NCBI RefSeq assembly: GCF_009914755.1
Contig: NC_060929.1
DNA from: the human T2T-CHM13v2.0 reference genome, Homo sapiens
Direction: 5' to 3' (one strand)
DNA: 64,000 nt
Under the pieces are notes generated by a model that worked only from the letters and a program-made list of their open reading frames with translations, ran no database searches and was not told the DNA's origin. Each line of letters starts with the position of its first letter. The stretch's first letter is position 1. A program made the position numbers and the translations under genes. Shown piece after piece: positions 55,721-64,000 of this stretch.

Positions 55721-57350
55721 AAGGAGAGAGTACCTTAGCTAAGCTCATATGGATACATTTGTCAAACTTTCCCTCAGCAAATATGTAGTCAAGCCAAAAC
55801 AGTTGCTCTTCACCTTAGGGAAATAAAGGATGCAATGGGGAATCTTTTTACAGTGTTGGTTTTAAGATTGTAGAGAATTAGGAATATGAAGAAGTTTCTG
55901 CACTCACTTTAGTGGCTTTTTACGAGTACTTTCAACACATCTTTCAAACTCCTGTTCTTAAACATTGCCAAGCTTTCATTAAAAATACAAGCACTACTGC
56001 CAAGACAAGAGAGCTGCACTTTATGAAGAAGTAGTAGAAAGCTAAATACAGTTGTATGTATTTTACGTTTTCTATCCCAATAAAACACGATGGTTAGTTA
56101 TGTTGTTTGCTTTAAAAGTCTCTTAAAATTCTATTTTTTCCTCATGTCCATAAGCTAAGGAATTGTCTGGAGTAATCTAATGCAACGATATGGGCTGAAC
56201 CCAGAAAAAAGAGTATGTCAAGGCACCAGGCAATGGTTAAAAGATTGATAAGTATAAGGGTTTGAGCAGAACACCTAATAACTTCTTTTCAGTAGTCTTC
56301 TAAAGTAGCTGAAATCCACAGCTATAGCCCTTGCTGAATTAAACATTTCAGCCCAGCTTACTAGCACCACAATACACAGGTAGAAGTAATAAGTAATAAT
56401 GAGTTTTGGGCCATTGAACACTGTGAATTTTCCCAGTGTACTGCAATTATAGAAACATCTGTGCTAAATAAGTTCCTACTGAAAGCTAGGAGTGTTTAAT
56501 AATCCTCACAACTTCTCATTATCAACCCTAATAGAAGAGAGAGTAAACTCTGCAAAAGTTTACCATTTTCAAAGAAAATTGCCAGGAATGTGATCATTTC
56601 TGGTACTACATTTCCCTGGACGATAAAAACACCAGAGACAACCTCCTTGGAAAAGAACATTAAACAGCAGCCTTAATAACATGTACCATAGCACAAGGCA
56701 AATTATGCCACTTTCAACAGCCAAACCATTCTTGCTACAGTATCCCCTGCACTACGACCTGACAACTAGGAGATGGATGTTTCTTCTCAGCTTTCTCTAC
56801 TGCCTCTGACAGGACAATGTGGCCTAAAAATACACACAGCTTTCCTCAGATCTGTCCTGACCGCTAAGGCCTCAATTGAAATGGCTCCACACCAGCTGAC
56901 TGCTTCCCACAGGGCTCATTCCAAAACAAGCCTAGATTTTAGAGCCAGCATCTGAATAATCTTAACAACCACGAAGGGTCAGCTATTGCTACTGAAGGGA
57001 ATGTCACTGCTCTAGAGGAATATGAGTGACTTGGATGTGACTAGCAATAGCTGAGTAGATGCCTCTTTAATTAGTTTGGGAATAATGCAGCTGATATTAC
57101 TTTGGAAGAAGGTAGCATGTGAGAGCCAGTGAATCTCCATGGCTGGAACTAATTTATGGAAAAAAAAAAGTGGCAAACAGAGCCCATCACAGAGTATGAC
57201 TGCTTCATTATTAGCAAAGAGAAAAAAAGTGATTTGCATCCAACCCTGTCAAAATAATAGCTGGCTTGAGTTCTGTGACTGAAGTGATGGCCTCACTGAT
57301 ACCAGACAAGACATTGAAACTTTTAAAACATGGTTAAGATGCTTTGGAAC

Positions 57351-57741
57351 TGTGCTGGTTAGATTTATGTGCTATCGCGGGTGGGCCAAGATACTCAGAC
57401 ATGTGGTCAAGCACTCTACTGAATATTTCTGTGAGAGTGTGTTGGATGAAATTAACATTTTAAGCATTGGACTTTGAGTAATGCAGATTGCACCCCATAA
57501 TGTGGATGAGACTGATCCAATCAGTTGAAGAGCTGAATAGCACAGAAATTCCACCAAGCAAAGAGGAATCCTACCGTAGATTGCCTTCCAACTTGATCTG
57601 CAACATCAACTCTTCCCTGGATTTCCAGCTTGCCAGCCCACCATGAAGACTTTAAATTCACTAGCTCCATAATCACACAAGTTAGTTCTTTAAAACAAAT
57701 CTTTCTTTGGTTCTGATTCTCTGGAAAGCCCCGACTAATAC
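57351..57741 (+). mobile_element. MLT2D-like ERVL solo LTR
   Basis: tgtgctggttagatttatgtg start; atccaatcagttgaag; ttggttctgattctctggaaagccccgactaatac end. Confidence 0.88.
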
Positions 57742-57804
57742 TGGAACGAAAACAATATTTAGCCTCTATCCAATCTTTCCATTCATTCTACTAATTAATA
57801 TCAG

Positions 57805-58010
57805 CAATATCTAATATTTATGTACCAGATAATATGCTAAATGTATTACGTGGCATACATGATACCATTACTATCTTCATTTGACAGCAAAAGAGATTGA
57901 GGCTTACAGAAATTGGTTAAGTTGTCCAAGCCTACATCACTAGTAAGTGATAAAGGCAGGATGCCAGTCCAGATCTGACCCTTCCAGCTCCTGCATTCAC
58001 CATCTCCATG
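57805..58010 (-). mobile_element. MIR SINE
   Basis: gattgaggcttacaga...gttaagttgtccaagcctacatcactagtaagtg. Confidence 0.7.
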
Positions 58011-58769
58011 ATCGACTGCCCCTTCAATAAAGTGACAGCAACAAGAGAGATTATCACCAGTCAACGTGGGTTCGAAGAAGATACAACATGTGTTCAAAGT
58101 ACACATTTTGGTTAGGGGAAAATATTTTATCTTTGATCACTTTTGTTACTTGTTTTGCAAAGTGGAATCCCAAGGCTGGGATTCAAGCCACAGTGCATGC
58201 TCAATTCAGCTTACTCAACAACTGGATACATTGCCTTACTGAAATTATTTATGCTTTTAGACCAATGTCTTACTCATCTATCAACTGTACACAACCCTGG
58301 ACAAGCCCCTAAACTTCTCTGAGTGTCAATCTTTTCTCTATTAAAAACATAAAGGATATTCAGGCTAAATAATCTTTCTCATAACCTGGTGATAAAGGAG
58401 CCTCAGTTTGAATAGGGAAATATTACTTGCTTTAAAAATTCTCTTGAGAACTAAATAAAAATAAATTTGTAAGTGTAGGGGGAAATGAAAAGGCATTAGG
58501 CACATATTTGATCTTCTAAAAATCACTTAAGAGAAAATACTGCCTTGCTCAATGTGGGAACACAAGTAATAATTGGAATAAAGTTTTGATTCCTGTGATT
58601 TTGATTCATGAAATATTTTAACTGGAGAACTTGGTTCAAAGAGGATTTTTTCTTTTTCTGCTGCTGCTTTGTGGAGATGCTGCTTCCATGAACTCTTATT
58701 ATAACACATTTCCATGAAGTCTAGTCTTGGAACAGACCAGAATGACCTACCATTTGTCTCCTGCCCCTG

Positions 58770-59007
58770 ACTCTCCACTCCCCTAAATTGCCCTATCAGG
58801 CTCAGCCACTCTGAGAATACCACTAGCACTACATTCGGCTCTGTCATTATTTACATGCTTGTCCCTCTAACTGCATTCCCATTTGATGATAAGTGCCATA
58901 AAGGCAGGAACAATACCTTTCATCCTTCAATACTGACAGCCTAACAGAGTACCTAGCAATCAGTTAGATAGTAAGTGCTAATATTTGTGAAATGAGTAAA
59001 TAAATGA
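58770..59007 (+). mobile_element. L2 3' end
   Basis: taaaggcaggaac...gcctaacagagtacctagca...aaatgagtaaataaatga. Confidence 0.65.
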
Positions 59008-59064
59008 TTTAGTGGCTCAAATTACTCTTCGAAATGACCCACGTTGGTATTTTTAAATTATCAA

Positions 59065-59160
59065 GATAGCTAATTTACTGAGCACTTATTTGTGCTGGCT
59101 TTGTTTTAAATGGTTAATGTACAATGTCTCATTTAATCATACTCTATGAGGCAGGTGAAA
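59065..59160 (-). mobile_element. MIR 3' fragment
   Basis: atagctaatttactgagcacttatttgtgc...tctcatttaatc...ctatgaggcagg. Confidence 0.6.
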
Positions 59161-59296
59161 CTTGGGGAAAATTTCATTCACAAAGCTGTTTTAAGCAAGT
59201 GTGTTTATCTCACTGGCAGCCTACCTAACGGACAACAGGCCAAAACATTTGGGCAAGACTCTGTTCAAATTCACAATCTGAAATGCTCAAACTACA

Positions 59297-59742
59297 GTGG
59301 TTATTTGCTACTTTCTGGTTGCCCAATATCCATTCTGACTGTATTGGACAATGAACCCGAAATTCCTTTTAAGAAATTAATTATCCCTCACTATTTAATA
59401 GGAACTTTTTCATAGGAATATAACAGAAAAATATGTGACCCAAGCTCAGCCAACCAAACTGTTTTCTTTTTTTTTTTTTTTTTTTTCAATCTATAGCTTG
59501 AGCAGAATGAAGCAAAGACAGGAGGTATGGGAGCACGACAGTTGGAGCCTATACCTTCTAGCAACAATGATTCCTTCTACCAGAACCTCAGAATTGTTCC
59601 CTGCCCTTCCTAAATCTGGTTCTTCAAATTTCCTTTCCACCATAGGAGCCACTCCAATATTTTTCTCATAAGTTTTGTTTTTTCTCCCCCCACACTGGAT
59701 AAAGTCAGTTCTGTTGCTTACAACCATAGGGTCTTAATTGAC
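59297..59742 (+). mobile_element. LTR16/LTR33-like ERVL LTR
   Basis: atgtgacccaagctcagccaacca and terminal ttctgttgcttacaacca...taattgac; subfamily uncertain. Confidence 0.5.
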
Positions 59743-59887
59743 GTTGATGCCTGCCCCTGGAGAGCAGAATCCTCTCCCCACCCCAAGTAACTGCTATTAT
59801 TTTTGTGGCCCAAGGGCAGAAGCATAATAAAGATGCAATTCACATTCTTGGAAGTTTGATGTTCTCTTTGAAAGATTTGCTTTCAAT

Positions 59888-60044
59888 CAGGGTCTGTGAC
59901 TAGGATGAAACAAGCAAGTACCAAGGGTGCAAAATAGAAGGCACAACCTTAGGGTCGTGCAGGTCCCAGATCAGCTCCTGAGAGTGAGAACCTCCTGACA
60001 TTTTGCATCAGTGTGCCTCCTTGACTCACCCTAGTTCAGCTCTG
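59888..60044. mobile_element. MER96-like palindromic hAT-Tip100 MITE
   Basis: cagggtctgtgactaggatga ... tcaccctagttcagctctg termini; central agggtcgtgca. Confidence 0.75.
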
Positions 60045-60929
60045 TTCTCAACCTACGTTTACAGACAGAGGTGTGTTTCTTTTATGAGGAAATGTTTCTG
60101 GCTTTAGGTCCACGGGACTTCATATTGCACCAGTTCTCTCCCAGATACTGCAATTTCAAGGCTGCAGAAGCAGTTGTTATTTGAGGACTCTCCTGTTAGA
60201 CATTCACAGAACTTATTATTTTGAATCCATAGCTTAAAACTCTTGGGTGGTTAGCTACATGCTTGGTGAGAGTTCAAGACATTACTAATACTGGAAGAAA
60301 TAACTGCGTTTTAATATATATATTATATATGTCATTTCTATAATGTTGAATATACTGTTTGCCTCATATTTTTTAATATTATGTTGGTGATGATGTCTAT
60401 TTCATACATTATTGGTTTTTATCTCTACTAAAAGAAATCCTACAGCTGAAATTTTCCATGGATCAACAGAGCACATATGGAAATAAAATATGTAGGTCTT
60501 GCATCTGTAATAAATAGTTTTTGAAAGAAAGAGGTCATTTCTTCACTTGGTGCAGGCAGCTGGCACAAGCAGAGTAGAAAAACTCAGTTTATTTGAATTA
60601 GAACTTTGCAAATATGATTGTATCATAATCACAATGATTCTATCATAGGATGGTGTTCAGCACAGCACTCTTAAGTAGGATATACATTTAAAAAAATTGA
60701 GTCATAGTTTTATTCAGAGGTTCTATGTCTATGAAGAATTGACTAGAATCTTTAAGAGAATTACATTCTTTTGATTCCTTTCTGTTACTGTATTTGCTTT
60801 TTGTTCTGAATTTCCTTTTTTAAATAGTAACCTTCTTGTATCCTCAAAGTCATCTTTTACTTCTTTCTTGGCCTATGGCCTCACACTCAATCACTTGCCG
60901 AGGCCTGTTCATTGTTTTACTCTCTCCCA

Positions 60930-61440
60930 ACCATGCCTTCTTTCCATTTCTTCCACTTGGACAAATGCAATAGCCTCCCATTCCCTAACCATCTTAGCCT
61001 TCCTTAAACCTTACTGTCTTTTCTTCATGCTCTGAAGCAGTTAATGTCTCCCCATTACCTCAAAGAGAAACTACAAAACCCTTTAAATAGCTTTAAAGTA
61101 CCTCCATGATTTGGCCTTCATTTATTTTATATTTCTGATTTATAGTTTAGTGTTTCTATTCATAAACTACTTGCTGTTCACTATCTGAACTCTCACTTTT
61201 CTGCCTGCATAACTTTATCCATGCTATTTCCTTCAACAGGAATGACCTTACAAATTTCCCACAATCATCAAGTCACAGCTAAAATATCATTTTTTCCATA
61301 GAGCTTTTCTTGATCATACCAGCCAGAAGTCCTCTGAACATAAAATTATTCCTGAACTTGTTCGTGAAGTAGATTTTATAACTTTTTATTGCCATACCTA
61401 TTAGATTACATGTACATTAATGTAAAATTCTCTGATTAAT
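60930..61440 (+). mobile_element. L2c-like fragment
   Basis: tgcaatagcctcc; ctccatgatttggcc; catgctatttccttcaacaggaatg. Confidence 0.6.
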
Positions 61441-61542
61441 TAGCCTTCACTTTCTCCTATGGTAAGCCAGCAATGTACCTTGTACACAACAGATGAAGCA
61501 TGAACATTAATGTATAATGAGTGAATATAAATGTATATTCTG

Positions 61543-61544
<2 letters not shown>

Positions 61545-61586
<42 letters not shown>
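61545..61586. repeat. (AT)21 microsatellite
   Basis: Perfect dinucleotide run. Confidence 0.98.
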
Positions 61587-61589
<3 letters not shown>

Positions 61590-62677
61590 TGGTCCTTATA
61601 TTTGTTTACAGTTTCTTTTTCTCCTTTAGTTTTACTAAATATTGGCATAACCATCATACCATTTATTCAGCTGTGCACATTCTCAAATAATGTACATTTC
61701 CTTAGGTCTTACACGGGTAAATTATTCTGTTTTCATGGGATCATAAAAAGGAGGAAAATCTGCCACCTCATTCTCAACTCCTTCTACCAGCCCTAGAAGT
61801 TCATCTCTTCCAGCCCAACATTAAGATTTTTAGTCAAAGTGTAGTATTTCAGACCTGTGGGGTTGCCCCATATTCAGGGGACTCCTGAAAGCTGAGGACT
61901 CCCCAGGACTCAACGGGACCAGTGCCATTGTGTTGGCCCTGCCTTTGTTCCCCTGCTGCTCAGATCTGCAGGTTGTCACATATAAGCAGCCATTTCTCTT
62001 GTAGGTGCCACAGAACTCAGATTCTAGCAGAAAAGATAAATGCAAAAAGGAAGTATTAGTGTCTATTATACTGAGACTGATCCTCAACATTCCAACTTGA
62101 TAAACATTTAGCTCCACTCCCTTCTGTAACTCTGGTGTGTCAAAGCTCAAAACAGAGCCTGCCGTAAGCTGTGACTACAACCTACCAGTGCCTGGTTGTG
62201 AAAACTACAATCAGAGCAGTCAAGGGCAACATTTCTTAAAACCTATTTAATTCTAACATTTTTGAATGGGTGCTTTTGTTCTGGGTGGAATAGTATCATT
62301 TAGAAGGTGAAGAAGAATTTTATTTAATTTTTTTAAAAAGAACTTAGTGGAAGGGTCTTCTACAGTTTCAAAAATTCCCCACAAAAGTTTTATCTTGCGT
62401 TTTTAATTAAATTATACACTATTCTTTTAAGATAAATATTATAGCTTATAAACTATTAAGCTATTTGATCACTGATACAAAATAAAAATAAAAATCGTAA
62501 AAACCTCCAAAAAAACATAAACAAACTATGTATCATTTAACTGGATTAACTAAAGTTAAATGAGAACAAAAGAAAAGGTTTTTCATGGGTTAATTTGAGG
62601 AGACAACATCAAATAATAATTGGCAAAATGTTATAATAGAAATATTGCAATGATTTATTGAGTGTGAAGGAACTGGT

Positions 62678-62913
62678 GTTTTTGTTTTTTGTTTTTTTTA
62701 ATTTATTTATATTTTATTGAGACAGAGTTTCAGCCTCCCGAGTAGCTGGGATTACAGGCATGCGCCACCTCGCTCGGCTAATTTTGTATTTTTAGTAGAG
62801 ACGGGGTTTCTCCATGTTGGTCAAGCTGGTCTCAAACTCCCGATCTCAGGTGATCTGCCTGCCTCAGCCTCCCAAAGTGCTGGGATTACAGGCGTGAGCC
62901 ACGGTGCCCGGCC
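62678..62913 (-). mobile_element. AluSp with ~87-bp internal deletion in the right monomer
   Basis: AluSp diagnostics (atgcgccacc, ctaattttgtatt, tttctccatgttggtca); gagtttc joined directly to agcctcccgag. Confidence 0.9.
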
Positions 62914-63014
62914 CACTATGTTAATTTTTAAAATGATAAGCAGAATAACATCATCATAGATTGCATTATCTCTCCTTAATTCTTCCTTCCCTTCCTTCTC
63001 TTGCCAACCTTCAG

Positions 63015-63276
63015 TATTAGTTTGCTATAGTGACTTAAACAAAATAAATTTATTTTCTCACAGCTTTAAAGGCTGGAAGTCTGAGATCAAGATGTTGCTG
63101 GGGTTGATTTCTCCTGAGGGCTGTGAGAAGAGAATCCAGGCCTCTCTCTTTGACTTGTAAATGGCCATCTCCTCCTTAAGACTTCTCATTGTCTTGCCTT
63201 TGTGTCTTTATGTCCAAATTTCTTCATTTTATAAGGACACCAGTCATGTTGGATTAGGGCCTACTTTGATAACCTC
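63015..63276 (-). mobile_element. MLT1B/C-like MaLR LTR, interrupted by L1
   Basis: ggctggaagtctgagatcaag; ttataaggacaccagtcatgttggattagggc. Confidence 0.8.
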
Positions 63277-64000
63277 TTTTTTTTTTATTATTATACCTTA
63301 AGTTTTAGGGTACATGTGCACAACGTGCAGGTTTGTTACCTATGTATACATGTGCCATGCTGGTGTGCTGCACCCATTGACTCGTCATTTAGCATTAGGT
63401 ATATCTCCTAATGCTATCCCTACCCCCTACCCCCACCCCACAACAGTCACCGGTGTGTGATGTTCCCCTTCCTGTGTCCATGTGTTCTCACTGTTCAATT
63501 CCCACCTATGAGTGAGAACACGTGGTGTTTGGTTTTTTGTCCTTGCAATAGTTTGCTGAGAATGATGGTTTTCAGATTCATCCATGTCCCTACAAAAGAC
63601 ATGAACTCATCATTTTTTATGGCTGCATAGTATTCCATGGTGTATATGTGCCACATTTTCTTAATCCAGTCTATCATTGTTGGACATTTATGTTGGTTCC
63701 AAGTCTTTGCTATTGTGAATAGTGCCGCTATAAACATATGTGTGCATGTGTCTTTATAGCAGCATGATTTATAATCCTTTGGGAATATACCCAGTAATGG
63801 GATGGCTGGGTCAAATGGTATTTCTAGTTCTAGATCCCTGAGGAATTGCCACACTGACTTCCACAATGGTTGAACTAGTTTACAGTCCCACCAACAGTGT
63901 AAAAGTGTTCCTATTTCTCCACATCCTCTCCAGCACCTGTTGTTTCCTGACTTTTTAATGATCGCCATTCTAACTGGTGTGAGATGGTATCTCATTGTGG
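63277..64000 (-). mobile_element. L1PA3-like LINE-1 3' end (continues past the window)
   Basis: Poly-T; 3' UTR with agttttaggg, gctggtgtgctg and tttagcattagg; open ORF2 C-terminus 63495-63995 ([18 protein letters not shown]...FSLIGGN). Confidence 0.96.

Overview
AT-rich, CpG-depleted primate genomic DNA, most likely human or great ape given the Alu, FLAM and L1PA3-like elements. It reads as an intron or gene desert. I found no host protein-coding exon, tRNA, rRNA or CRISPR array. The only ORFs with recognisable protein content are broken LINE-1 ORF2 remnants; the rest are Alu/LTR-derived or random. The window is a layered transposon record: CR1/L3, L2, MIR, a probable MER121, hAT MITEs, MaLR/ERVL LTRs, L1MA to L1PA3, FLAM and Alu. 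All family names come from remembered consensus sequences, not a search. The most notable structures are a twin-primed (5'-inverted) L1MA whose target-site duplication shows reciprocal CpG decay, an L1PA4/5 with a probable ~20-nt 3' transduction, three overlapping inverted repeats at 16.0-16.1 kb, a perfect 48-bp tandem duplication, a U6-like UUCG hairpin, and several candidate non-coding exons and CTCF/enhancer motifs. I see no evidence for a new multi-gene system.
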